Shown here piece after piece: positions 18,772 through 33,337 of a stretch of 64,000 bases of DNA; position 1 is the stretch's first letter, and the number at the start of each line of letters is the position of its first letter. Location of the stretch: positions 16,619-80,618 of the forward strand of contig CAXHJY010000221.1 in NCBI GenBank assembly GCA_964016885.1. Direction: 5' to 3'. Source of the stretch: Eledone cirrhosa (Eukaryota). The notes under the pieces are model-generated. The model was not told the origin of the DNA and searched no databases. It saw nothing but the letters and a program-made list of their open reading frames with translations. A program made the position numbers and the translations under genes.

Positions 18772-20053
18772 ACATATATATATACATATATATATATATA
18801 CATATATATATACATATATACATATATATATACATATATATATATACATATATACATATATATATATACATACACATATATATATACATATATATATATA
18901 CACATATATATATATACACATATATATATATACACATATATATATATACATATATATATATATACACATATATATATACATATATATATATATACACATA
19001 TATATATATACATATATATATATATACACATATATATATATACATATATATACATATATATATACATATATATATACATATATATATACATATATATATA
19101 CATATATATATACATATATATATATATACATATATACATATATATATATACATACACATATATATATACATATATATATATATACACATATATATATATA
19201 CATATATATATATATACACATATATATATATATACACATATATATATATATACACATATATATATATATACACATATATATATACACACATATATATATA
19301 CACACATATATATATACATACATATATATATATACACACATATATATATACACATATATATATATACACATATATATATATATATACACATATATATATA
19401 CACATATATATATATATACACACATATATATATATACACATATATATATACACATATATATACACATATATATATATACACACACACATATATATATATA
19501 TACACATATATATATATATACACATATATATATATACACATATATATATACACACATATATATATACACATATTCATATATATATACACATATACATATA
19601 TATATACACATATTCATATATATATACACATATACATATATATATACACATATACATATATATATACACATATACATATATATATACACATATACATATA
19701 TATATACACATATACATATATATATACACATATACATATATATATACACATATACATATATATATACACATATACATATATATATACACATATACATATA
19801 TATATACACATATACATATATATATACACATATACATATATATATACACATATACATATATATATACACATATACATATATATATACATATATATATATA
19901 CATATACATATATATATACATACATATACATATATATATACATACATATACATATATATATACACATACATATATATATGCACATACATATATATATACA
20001 CATACATATATATATATACACATACATATATATATACACATACATACACATAT
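18490..20053. repeat. (TA)/(CATA)/(CACA) compound array abutting the RTE 3' end
   Basis: Directly visible. Confidence 0.95.
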
Positions 20054-20643
20054 GGTGGCTGCCAACTCGTTTTCGAGTACGGCCACTACTTTATATACAT
20101 GTAGGAGAACCCCTACCGATGGGCTGAATGAGTGTGACTTTTGAGTCCAGCCAGCGACTTGAAAACTCTGGTACAAACACTACACTTGTGACAATTATTG
20201 ACACATAGTGCTGGGCCCATGGTACCATGTGACGACAAGTGCAGAGAGATCTCCAGATATAAAGCAATGCCTGTGCCATGAAGCTTTTATAGTGAGCAAA
20301 GGCACTGCACAAAGCCAGTCCCACTCTCTTAACCAAGATGATATTTACCAAAAAGTAGAACAAGTCAACATCATTGGATACCATCAGGGTTGCAGGTGTT
20401 ATAACAGAGTTTTCCTTCTCCTAGAATTCTGCCTTGACAAAGGCTAAGGGGTCATCTCTCCCGGTGAATTTGGATGGCCATTGACTCTTAAGAGCTCCTT
20501 TGCCCTTTGACAGGTTTTGTTTTTAGTCCTGCAGGATGTCCAAAGTCACCCTCCTCACCAAGAAACCTTGGTGGGGTTGCCAGTTTAGTCGCCAACGACC
20601 CGACCATGAAACAGGTTGTACTGGGATACATGTTACCAGTAGC
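20054..20643 (-). mobile_element. Non-autonomous bipartite RTE-derived retroposon, ~590 bp
   Basis: The 3' part encodes [24 protein letters not shown] (C-x2-C-x12-H zinc finger typical of RTE ORF C-termini). The 5' part has an RTE-like UTR motif (CTAGGAGAAGGAAACTCTG). No RT or EN lies between them. Confidence 0.75.
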
Positions 20644-20802
20644 ATATATATATACACATATACACATACATATATATATATATACACATACATATATATA
20701 TATATACACATACATATATATATATATATACACATACATATATATATACACATACATATATATATATATATACACATACATATATATATATGTGTACGTC
20801 AG

Positions 20803-21098
20803 TGTGTCCCATATACCCACTATATTCCATATATGTACCGTGTTCCATATATATGTACTCTATTCCATATATATGTACCGTGTTCCATATATATGTACTA
20901 TATTCTATATATATGTACCGTGTTCCATATATATATGTACTATATTCCATATATATGTACCGTGTTCCATATATATGTACTATATTCCATATATATGTAC
21001 CGTGTTCCATATATATGTACTATATTCCATATATATGTACCGTGTTCCATATATATGTATTATATTCCATATATATATGTACTGTGTTCCATATATGT
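20803..21098. repeat. Minisatellite of alternating 20-mers (40-bp higher-order unit)
   Basis: TATATTCCATATATATGTAC alternates with CGTGTTCCATATATATGTAC. Confidence 0.9.
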
Positions 21099-21499
21099 AA
21101 TTGTATTTACAGACAAGAAACAATATAAAAACAAACAAAAACAAAAATGCCAGTTGAAGATTAAACTTTTCATGTGAATCGTTTTGGTATTAAGTGCTAA
21201 AAACAAACTTTTTTCTGCCATGAGTAAAGTGTTTTTCTTTGGTCTGCTCCTACTTCTCCACCTTTCGTAAATCATTTGTAAATTGTAGAAAATATATTAA
21301 TAATGTTTATGAAGTTCATAACATTTCATATCTTTCGAGTTATTAATATTGAAATATCTACAAAAGGAATAAAACAGATGGGATATGAAGATGGAGAAGA
21401 GAAGAAAAAAACTGAGTTGTTCGTGAGAGAGAGAGTGAAAGAGAGAGAGAAGTGTAGAAGAGGAGGAGAAGAAAGAGAAAAGTAAAGAAGCAGATGAGA

Positions 21500-21709
21500 A
21501 AGAAGGACAAGAAGAAGAAGAAAAAGAAGAAAAAGAAGAAAAAGAAGAAAAAGAAGAAAAAGAAAAAGAAAATACAAATAAAAAAAAAGAAAAAGAAAAA
21601 GAAAAAAAGAAAAAGAAGAAGAAAAAGATGAAGAAGAAGAAGAAGAAGAAGAAGAAGAAGAAGAAGAAGAAGAAGAAGAAGAAGAAGCAGTAGCAAGCAG
21701 CAGCAGCAG
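21500..21709. repeat. (GAA)n/(GAAAAA)n then (GCA)n
   Basis: Directly visible. Confidence 0.9.
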
Positions 21710-21862
21710 TTGAAGTATATTTGCCAACAACAGCCAAATTGAATGTTGGTTTTAAAATGGAAAGTAAAGATAAGAACTGAGTTATTGATTCAGTTCCTGT
21801 AACAATGGCGGCTGTGTAAACCTATTTCTTTATTACAATTCTTGTCGCCTTCGTCATCTCTC

Positions 21863-21896
21863 TCACACACATACACACATATATATATATATATAC

Positions 21897-21945
<49 letters not shown>

Positions 21946-21946
21946 C

Positions 21947-22008
<62 letters not shown>

Positions 22009-22042
22009 ATATATACATACATATATATATATACATATATAC

Positions 22043-22095
<53 letters not shown>

Positions 22096-22304
22096 TACAT
22101 ATATACATATATATATATATACATATACATATATATATATATATACATATATACATATATATATATATATACATATATATATACATATATATATACATAT
22201 ATATATACATATATATATACATATATATATACATATATATATACATATATATATACATATATATATACATATATATATATATATACATATATATATACAT
22301 ATAC

Positions 22305-22341
<37 letters not shown>

Positions 22342-22348
22342 TATATAC

Positions 22349-22387
<39 letters not shown>

Positions 22388-22417
22388 TATATACATATAC
22401 ATATACATATACATATA

Positions 22418-22449
<32 letters not shown>

Positions 22450-22476
22450 CATATATACATATATATATACATATAC

Positions 22477-22521
<45 letters not shown>

Positions 22522-22918
22522 CATATATATATATATACATATATATATATACATATACATATATATATACATATATATATACATATATATATACATATAT
22601 ATATACATATATATATATATATACATATATATATACATATACATATACATATATATATACATATATATATACATATATATATATATATACATATATATAT
22701 ACATATATATATACATATATATATACATATACATATATATATACATATATATATACATATATATATATATACATATATATATACATATATATATATATAT
22801 ACATATATATATACATATATATATATATATACATATATATACATACATATATATACATATATATATATATATAGATTTGTATATATATATGTATATATAT
22901 ACATGTATTCACACACAT

Positions 22919-22965
<47 letters not shown>
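21863..22965. repeat. (TA)/(TACA) array
   Basis: Directly visible. Confidence 0.95.
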
Positions 22966-23427
22966 CACGCACAGACGAGATATTTGTTCATTTCTAAAGA
23001 TTGTATATATATATATATATATATGTTCACATCGCTGGATTTCTTAATCTTGTTTTATGTATTTGAAAATATAAAAGACATGTTTTATGACTATACTGTC
23101 ATGTGACTAAGGGATTCTAGTATCATTCTCTTGAAATAAGTTTCTAATTCAGAACATATGACCCCAGAAAATGTATTTAGCGGACCAAGTCCATCAAAGT
23201 GATGACCCTATTAGGAGGTTACTTCAGTTGTGTCAAGTACATGACAAAATATGGGCATCTAATTACAAAATATGGGCATCATTCGACATCCATATGTAGT
23301 GATACCCATCATTTTCTGTTCAGTTATTACACTATAATATTTAGTTAAAAAGTTACGGCGAAGCTTTCTAGAAATAAAGTGCCTTGCTGAAGGACATAAT
23401 GTGCTGTCGCAATTAAGAAATAATGTC

Positions 23428-23622
23428 CAGATCTGTCAACTCTCCCCGTCAGACGAGGAGATCTCCCACCCTCTTTAGGGTGGGTGAGAGATGTCTTCTC
23501 TTGTGAAAATGGGTATATCTTTCATTATGTATAATCTCCCCATTTTGCTTCATTTCTCCCCGTTTTGAGGCACTTTCTATCATGGTATTCTCCGTTTGGG
23601 TTCTTAGAGGTTGGCAGGTCTG
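23428..23622. mobile_element. Candidate MITE with imperfect TIRs CAGA(T/C)CTG(T/C)CAAC
   Basis: Left CAGATCTGTCAACTCT; right end reverse-complements to CAGACCTGCCAACCTCT. It lies between CORE-SINE remnants. No TSD seen. Confidence 0.55.
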
Positions 23623-24032
23623 AAGGTGGTTTTCTGAAGGTCACATCCTGCTGCCAGAATCGAAATCACTTTGTTACGATCTTCAATCGTTCTGACAATC
23701 CAGGAGTCTTTATAAGTGTGTCTATATGGTTTAGATTTTAATCAACCAGGGCAATTGTATAGTAAATCAAAGACGTGTATTGCTTGAAATCGAAATATCT
23801 AACATTTCGCTAATAAACCATATACAGATTTTCAACATAAAAATATATTTGTAATTAAAATCCTTGATCATATGAGTGCAATGCTTAATTAAATCTTTTG
23901 GGAAGAGTTTCATCAGTACATATATATATGTACACATATATATATACATATGTATATATCATTATATATATATCCATATACACACATACAACATGTATGT
24001 ATGTATGTATGTATGTATGTATGTATGTATGT

Positions 24033-24275
24033 CTCACTATAAAAGCTTCATGGCACAGGCATTGCTTTATATCTGGAGATCTCTCTGCACTTGTCGTCAC
24101 ATGGTACCATGGGCCCAGCACTATGTGTCAATAATTGTCACAAGTGTAGTGTTTGTACCAGAGTTTTCAAGTCGCTGGCTGGACTCAAAAGTCACACTCG
24201 TTCAGCGTATCGGTAGGGGTTCTCCTACATGGATATAAAGTAGTGGCCGTACTCGAAAACGAGTTGGCAGCCACC
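24033..24275 (+). mobile_element. 5'-truncated RTE-derived element in (ATGT)n
   Basis: Reverse complement of 20054-20296; zinc-finger codons at 24145-24216; (ATGT)n on both sides. Confidence 0.85.
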
Positions 24276-24577
24276 ATGTATGTATGTATGTATGTATGTA
24301 TGTATGTATGTATGTATGTATCTATCTATCTATCTATCTATCTGTGTGTGTGCGCCCGTGTGTGTGTATACATCACTCATGTATCGAAATAATTATGCGA
24401 ACATTTTTTTACCATTATTAATGAACTAATATAAATTATATTTGATAAAACTCTCTCTCTCTCTCTTTATTGGTTTATTGGTAAAGTTGCTATTTATCGT
24501 TACTTCGATCTTCATCACTCCTTCCTCTAGCTTTATGTCGTTGGCTTCTCTTTTATGTTCACACTATCTCATATTTA

Positions 24578-24624
<47 letters not shown>

Positions 24625-25279
24625 TACATATATAATACATATATACATACATATGTATATATATATAAATGTATGTATGTGTGTATATATATAGGTATAT
24701 TATATGTGTGTATATATGTAGGTATATTATATACGTGTGTATACAGCTCTGTTTGTAGGTATGGGTGTATATTTCTATCAACGATATCTTACAATAAAAT
24801 TTTGAATAAATTTCGTACGTGAAAAGATAGCGCAGCTGTGTACAAAGTTTTGGTTTGAAACCTAAATTTAACCAGTTTAAATGTAATCAGTTGCAAAATT
24901 ATCGCAATATCAACCTTTATTAAGGTCAAATTCATTAGAACTGGTGTCAGATGATGTCACGTGTTATCTATATATGTTGTAAATTTCTTTCAAAATTCCT
25001 CAGATAATATTGATCTGTCTTGAAAAACGCTGGATGTTTAATATCGATAACTTTGTGTGGCTATGTGAATATAAATAAAGGCCATATATGGAACCGCTAG
25101 AAAAAAAAAATGTCTTTTTTTTTCTTTTCTTTGACTGGTTTCCATTATTAAACTGTGGTCATGCTGGAGTACCGCTTTTAAAAATGTTAGTCGATTATAT
25201 TGACTGATTTTAGCACGTAACATTATCTCATTGTCACAGTCATACGCATTTCGACGCCGGAGTTGCTTCTTTTATAAGT

Positions 25280-25560
25280 AGAACAAATTTATTTGAAAAT
25301 AAAAGAAATATATTTACAAATCATCAAATTTTTCATATTAGAAAACAAAAAAAAGAGAAAAAAGAAAAGAAAACAATTAAATATCGAAAGTGAGAGATGC
25401 GGGAGAGCGGCAGATGCTTGGTCCAGTCTAAGAGGGTTTCTCAGTTATCTCCAGTGGGTAAAGAGGTGGTGAAATTGCCACGAAGAACAGCCAGCGATAC
25501 CCACTGCAACAATCGTTGTACCTCATTGGTCTCCTTTCTCAGGTGGACAGTATTCCTCCT
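25280..25560 (-). mobile_element. 3' end of a CRE/RLE-type LINE (degenerate)
   Basis: Minus strand translates ETNEVQRLLQWVSLAVLRGNFTT, then a T-rich UTR with AATAAA. A similar GVLRGSFTT peptide occurs on + at ~34825-34851. Confidence 0.55.
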
Positions 25561-25589
25561 AGTTTTACCGATGAAAACGGTAGGTGAGA

Positions 25590-25637
25590 CTTGTTACTCT
25601 GGAGTTTCACCTGTTTATCATAGGGTCATCAGACAAG
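25590..25637 (-). ncRNA. Minimal type I hammerhead ribozyme, family C
   Basis: Minus strand CTTGT-CTGATGA-cCCTatgataaacAGGt-GAAA-CTCcaGAG-TA-ACAAG. Perfect 5-bp stem I, intact core, near-palindromic stem III. An inverted partial copy follows at ~25645-25663. Confidence 0.8.
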
Positions 25638-25696
25638 AACAGGGCTCGTGTCTGATTACCCTGTGTATATTTATATATATATATATATATATATAT

Positions 25697-25907
25697 AACG
25701 AAGGAATTGTGGTAAAGAACCAGGTGGACCATAACGCACCTAAGTACTCGATACTTAGGGTAGTAGAGTGGGTAATAGGAACGAGTAGGACCCCGACGGC
25801 TGAGCTCAAGCCGTTTCGACGGCTAATTCTGGACTAAATTAGCCGTCTTTTAGTCCAGAATTAGCCGTCGAAACGGCTTGAGCTCAGCCGTCGGGGTCCT
25901 ACTCGTT

Positions 25908-25912
<5 letters not shown>
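25697..25912 (-). mobile_element. Penelope-like inverted terminus, family B, with hammerhead 3' half in both arms
   Basis: Perfect ~64-bp arms 25775-25838 and 25848-25912. Each reads GAAA-CGGCT-tgagctc-AGCCG-TC-GGGG, preceded by stem II sequence, but CTGATGA is cut off. (TA)n on both sides. Confidence 0.75.
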
Positions 25913-25960
<48 letters not shown>

Positions 25961-26001
25961 GTAATAAATGGAAAATATATCACTATAGCATCATAATATA
26001 T

Positions 26002-26055
26002 TTCGTTATATATATTTCAGGGATACTAAGTTATAGTATGGCTTCTTCAGACAAA
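26002..26055 (-). ncRNA. Degenerate minimal hammerhead, family E
   Basis: Minus strand TTTGT-CTGAAGA-agccATACTAtaactTAGTATccct-GAAA-TATATA-TA-ACGAA. Confidence 0.5.
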
Positions 26056-26130
26056 ATACAATATTAAATGTATAACATGTGACATACTTATAAGAGAGAT
26101 CGCATGCGATCAATTCGAAATGAGTATGTC

Positions 26131-26174
<44 letters not shown>

Positions 26175-26218
26175 GACAAGGCTTCAATAATGTATGATTG
26201 CACTTTAAATACTGAGTT

Positions 26219-26346
26219 GAAACTCCAGAATAAGTCACATCACTTAGCCATAAAAAGGAATATTATATATATATATATTCTCCATATTTTATATATATAT
26301 AATATTCCTTTTTATGGCTAAGTGATGTGACTTATTCTGGAGTTTC
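26219..26346. repeat. Tail-to-tail inverted repeat (~55-bp arms) around a (TA)n spacer
   Basis: GAAACTCCAGAATAAGTCACATCACTTAGCCATAAAAAGGAATATTATATA and its exact reverse complement. Confidence 0.85.
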
Positions 26347-26555
26347 CAGATTTTATATTAATTTCCTGGGGATGTTTTAGTGTTACTTAATGGTATTAAA
26401 ATTGAAACGTACGTAGATGTTAATAAAATGATTTGAAGTATAATCTTTGGTTTTTCACTAGAAGTGTAATATATACATACATACATATATATTATATATA
26501 TATATATATGTGTATATATATATATATGTATATATATGTATATATATATATATGC

Positions 26556-26589
<34 letters not shown>

Positions 26590-26737
26590 TCATTATATAC
26601 AAAGGTACATATGTATATATAGAGAGAGCGTGTGTGTTTGGAGAGAGTGACAGATGGAGAGAGAGAGAATGAAAAATGAAGAGAGAGAGTGAGAGAGAAA
26701 GATATGGATATATACATACACACACACACATATATAC

Positions 26738-26797
<60 letters not shown>

Positions 26798-27157
26798 ATA
26801 TACTGATATATAAATATGAAGAATCACAATTTCTACCGTTTTGCTCTCATGAGAAATTATGTTTTAAAGTTATGATAAAAAGTTCGAGCTCTCCTATCAG
26901 AGGAGAACAAATGTTGCTGAAAGAGAGATAAGGAGAAGGAATAATATTATTGTTATTATTACTATTATTATTGTTGTTGTTGTTAATAATAATAATAATA
27001 TGTCGATTTCTTTTTATCGGGATAGAAATATGAGATATTGAAAAGAAGGGTGAAACTTCGATTAGTCGCTTAGAATAGGATCAGCGATTAACGAGTTTTA
27101 GAAACAAAAATACTTTTATATATAGCTATATACATACATATATTCTTTTTACTATTT

Positions 27158-27230
<73 letters not shown>

Positions 27231-27641
27231 GATAATCAATATACTGCAAAATAATTTATGAGTGACGGATATAATGCTGTTTGCTTGTTTTTTTAAATCC
27301 GTTATATACGTTAGCGTTATATATACATTATATATATATATAAATCTTTACATTTACATACACATATATCTATATATATATATATATCTATACATATACA
27401 TACATTTTTGTATATATATATATATCATATGTCTACATACATTTCATTCATTTACAAAATGTTAGTCACTTTTGTTTCTTTGACATAATCTTCCTGTCTA
27501 TAACATCTCTAGCAATAGTAGTAGTAGTAGTAGTAGTAGCAGCACCAGCACTACTACTACTACTACTAATATTACAATTGTTCTTGATTATTATAATTTT
27601 TCTTTTTCTTAAGAAATCATCATTATAATTTTTTTTCATAA

Positions 27642-27703
<62 letters not shown>

Positions 27704-28051
27704 TAAACATTTTTTTTTCATTCCCAAATTCGATAATCTGTAATGGATAACGATTTTGTTAATAGAAGTGACATTGTTAAGACTCAGCGAACCGGTCATA
27801 TCGTTAAGTGCTGCAGTGGAAATGGTCGGAAAATGAAAGGAAGTCCTCTATATTTTTCTTCTACATACACATACAGATACACACAGATACAAACACACAT
27901 AAGAGAAAGACACAGAAGAGACACATATAGACATACAAAGATACACACAGAGAAAGACTTAAACACACAGCCATACATACCAAAATGCTCACCGATATTC
28001 AGCCATAGCAAAACATGTATATAGAGGCGCACACAACAACACTAAAAGCCG

Positions 28052-28262
28052 ATCATACTTATGCATATGGTATTTGGCGTACATACATATTATCATTCTC
28101 AAGCGTTCCTTATGCATGTAATCACGCTTACCACATGTCTGGTAAGTATGTGTGTGTGGGGGGGTGGGGGGGTATACATGTTTATATATATGTATAGAGC
28201 AACGCACACATCAAAACAGTCTTGCATATATATATATATATGTTTGTGCGCATCTATATATG

Positions 28263-28308
<46 letters not shown>

Positions 28309-28482
28309 AATGTATATATATATATATATATATATATAAAGATGGACACAAACAAAACAAGACACCCACTCGTATATATATTCCTATAGTGCCATTAGAA
28401 TTGAGTTTTAAAACAGACACGTAGATATGTATATTTATACATATATATACATATATATACACATATATATATATATATACAC

Positions 28483-28513
<31 letters not shown>

Positions 28514-28526
28514 TATATATACACAC

Positions 28527-28557
<31 letters not shown>

Positions 28558-29086
28558 TATATATACACACATATATATATATATACACATATATATATAT
28601 ACACATATATATATATACACATATATATATATATACACATATATATATATATACACATATATATATATATACACATATATATATATATACACATATATAT
28701 ATATACACATATATATATATACACATATATATATATACACATATATATATATACACATATATATATATATATACACATATATACATACACACACATATAT
28801 ATATATATACACATATATATATACACACATATATATATACACACATATATATATACACACATATATATATATACACATATATATATATACACATATATAT
28901 ATATATACACATATATATATACACACATATATATATATACACATATATATATATATACACATATATATATATATACACATATATATATATATACACATAT
29001 ATATATATATACACATATATATATATATACACATATATATATATATACACATATATATATATATACACATATATATATATATACAC

Positions 29087-29169
<83 letters not shown>

Positions 29170-29184
29170 TATATATATATATAT

Positions 29185-29227
<43 letters not shown>

Positions 29228-29242
29228 TATATATATATATAT

Positions 29243-29291
<49 letters not shown>

Positions 29292-29313
29292 TATATATAT
29301 ATATATATACATT

Positions 29314-29381
<68 letters not shown>

Positions 29382-29592
29382 CATATATAGATGCGCACAA
29401 ACATATATATATATATATGCAAGACTGTTTTGATGTGTGCGTTGCTCTATACATATATATAAACATGTATACCCCCCCACCCCCCCACACACACATACTT
29501 ACCAGACATGTGGTAAGCGTGATTACATGCATAAGGAACGCTTGAGAATGATAATATGTATGTACGCCAAATACCATATGCATAAGTATGAT
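28052..29592. repeat. Inverted duplication of ~280 bp (28052-28320 and 29305-29592)
   Basis: Apparently identical apart from (TA)n length; the second copy lies inside the 28430-30142 (TA)/(CACA) array. Confidence 0.9.
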
Positions 29593-29618
29593 ATATATAC
29601 ACATATATATATATATAT

Positions 29619-29798
<180 letters not shown>

Positions 29799-29870
29799 AT
29801 ATACATATATATATACATATATATATATACACACATATATATATATATACACATATATATATATATACAC

Positions 29871-29921
<51 letters not shown>

Positions 29922-30239
29922 CATATATATATACATATATATATATATACACATATATATATATATACACATATACATATATATACACATATACATATAT
30001 ACACATATGTATATATATATATACACATATACATATATATACACATATATATATACACATATACATATATATATATATATATATACATATACATACATAT
30101 ACATATATACATATATATATATATATACACATATATATACATAAAAGGAACGATCGACTTTCGTCAAATCGGACCGAGGGAACAATGTTTCCGTTGGTCT
30201 TTCCAATTGCTAATACTATCTATCGGTCGCAACTCCAAG

Positions 30240-30362
30240 TAGAAGGAGCAACATGAAATAAAGTGTCTTGCTCAAGGACATAACGCATCACCCGGTCCAG
30301 GAATCGAACTCACAACCTTACGATTGCGAATCCAATTCTCTAACCACTCAGCCACACGCCTT
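30240..30362 (-). mobile_element. CORE-like SINE family 2
   Basis: Minus-strand head GGCGTGTGGCTGAGTGGTTAG...GAGTTCGATTCC, then GTCCTTGAGCAAGACACTT. Confidence 0.8.
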
Positions 30363-31351
30363 CACATATATATATATATATACATACATATATACATTTA
30401 TATACACACACGCATATGTATATATATATACATATATATATTCTCTTTAAAAGGCCATTGACAGTTACAATAAAATGGATGAAGCACATACATGCCCCCT
30501 CATACATACACACACAGACACACATACATGCCCGCTCATACATACACACAGAGACACACACATACATACACATTCACAGATGCACACACAAACATTAGGA
30601 CGCACACGGCCACGCTCCATTGCAGTGTCTAACATATCGACCGAATCTACACATACATATCACATGTATATAAGAACATGTATGTATGTATCCGTGTATA
30701 TATATATATATGTATATATGTATAAATGTATGTATGCATGTGTGTATGAATGCGGGTGCATATATACATATACACATATATATATGCATATACATAAATA
30801 TATACATATATACATACATATATATACATATATACATACATATATACATACATACATATACATACATATATATACATACATACATATACACATATACACA
30901 TATACATATATATACATATATATACATAGACATATTTATATACATATATATATATATATACATATTTATATACATATATATACATATACATATTTATATA
31001 CATATATATACATATACATATTTATATACATATATATACATATACATATTTATATACATATATATACATATATACATATTTATATACATATATATACATA
31101 TATACATATTTATATACATATATACATATATACATATTTATATACATATTTATATACATATATACATATATATACATATTTATATACATATACATATTTA
31201 TATACATATACATATATATATGTACATATACATACATATACATACATATACATACATATACATACATATACACAGATATATACAAATATATATACATATA
31301 TATATACATATATACATATACATATAGATACATACATACACATATATATAA

Positions 31352-31393
<42 letters not shown>

Positions 31394-31726
31394 TTCCCCA
31401 GATAGATAGCTACAGTAACTCTATCTCTTCTGTCCAAGAGAGGAAGAGATTGACGAAGCAGAAGCTTTTAGTAGGAACTGATCTGTCTAAATGTACGTTT
31501 TTATTCTGGAATTATATTTTTTTTAAAACCTAGCAAACAAAGAAGGAAGCATAACTGAAAAGATCTCCATTTAATGAATGGTATTCATTTCCGAAACAAC
31601 AACACAACAAGAAAAAATAGAAGGAAACAGAAAAGGTAAATGTAAGAGTTAAAAATGGTAGCAGAGATTCCAATTATCTTCGTCGTGGTTTCACTTTTAA
31701 TGAAAATCCATTAAAAATATACGATG

Positions 31727-31763
<37 letters not shown>

Positions 31764-32027
31764 ATATGTAAAAATTTTACATAGATCTATATGATATACA
31801 TACCAACACACATATATATATCCTAGAAACGATCGTAAAATGATGAATTTTTTAATATAAGGAACTGTATCTTTGTTTTTATTCATTATTTTTATTAATT
31901 TATCTTGACTCTGTTTTCCTGTGTTTTTCATCGAAAAAATTTTGAATACATCTCTTTTCATGATATTTGGATTACATTGAGTTCTTCATACGGATTGGAC
32001 GCTACCGTATATTTTGGTAGATTTATC

Positions 32028-32073
<46 letters not shown>

Positions 32074-32271
32074 GTGTGTAGAGAGAGAGAGTCGTAGAGA
32101 GTGAACGAGACAGTGACACTTGGATTACCACCCACGCACTATATATAGAGAGAGAGAGTCTGGCCAGATATATACAGATCGAACCTTGAGCTGAGCAATA
32201 GCGAAAAGTGCGTCACCAATCAATAAATGTAATGAAGGCTTAACAAATCGTCCTTGTATCATTATCATTGT

Positions 32272-32336
<65 letters not shown>

Positions 32337-32367
32337 TATATATATATATAAAATCTTGCCCGTCTCT

Positions 32368-32415
<48 letters not shown>

Positions 32416-32609
32416 TGCGTGGGTGGTAATGCAAGTGTATATGTGATTGTTTTTCTTCAAAAGTTGTATCTCTAATGAAGATATTTAATCCTCAAAGCTT
32501 CAGTACAATCAACGTTTGGTGAAGAACGAAAAACTTTGTCCAAGGTATTGCTTATTGAGATCGAAACTGGAACTACATGGGAGCGATGCGAAGTAATACT
32601 CTACAGTCA

Positions 32610-32818
32610 TTGGTAGATGGTCGGACGCCATGCTTTGCAGCAAAGAGTTACAGCCCTTTATTATCTGAGTTCAAATCCCGCCGACGTTAACTTTGCCTCA
32701 TCCTTACGGGGTCGATAAAATAAAGTACCAGTCACGCAGTGGGGTTGATTTAATCGACTTTAATCGACTTTCCCCTCTCCCTAAAATTGCTGGCCTTGTG
32801 CCTATATAAGAAACCAAT
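32610..32818 (+). mobile_element. SINE family 1
   Basis: B box GAGTTCAAATCC plus central domain and tail. Confidence 0.85.
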
Positions 32819-33337
32819 ATTCTAAACTGGATACAAAAAGAAAAAGCAGGATTAGACAGGAAAATGAGAAAAATAATGGCTGCATTTAGATAACACCAAC
32901 TAAAATCAGATGTTGAATGGTTTTTACCTGCCATCAACTCTAGAAGGTGGGAGGTTCAGTACAACTAGAAAACTATAACAAAATAACCAGCGTATGACTA
33001 CAAAAATATTTAATGAAGAATGATGGGAAGTTAATAAAAATAGCCACAAAACATTAACGAAACAGCAACAAAAAACTCTTTTCTGTTTTCAAGGACGCCA
33101 ACAAATCCCAAACTGAGGCTGAATAGACAGATTATTATGAAGAGAAGAAATAAAAAATAAAAGGAAACAGAGAAATCAAACAACAGGAAAAAAACGATGA
33201 CATCTAAATTGTTCTAATCTAGATCTCCATAATGTTGAGGACAAGAAAAAAACTCCTACGTGGCGATTACCAGAAAAAGCAAAGCTGAATAGGGTTAATG
33301 TGCATTAACAAAATTCACAAAACTGGTTAGGAAGCTG

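Noticed and set aside
21297-21737. Poly-Phe/Ser/Leu ORFs
   Set aside because: Translations of a (GAA)n microsatellite.
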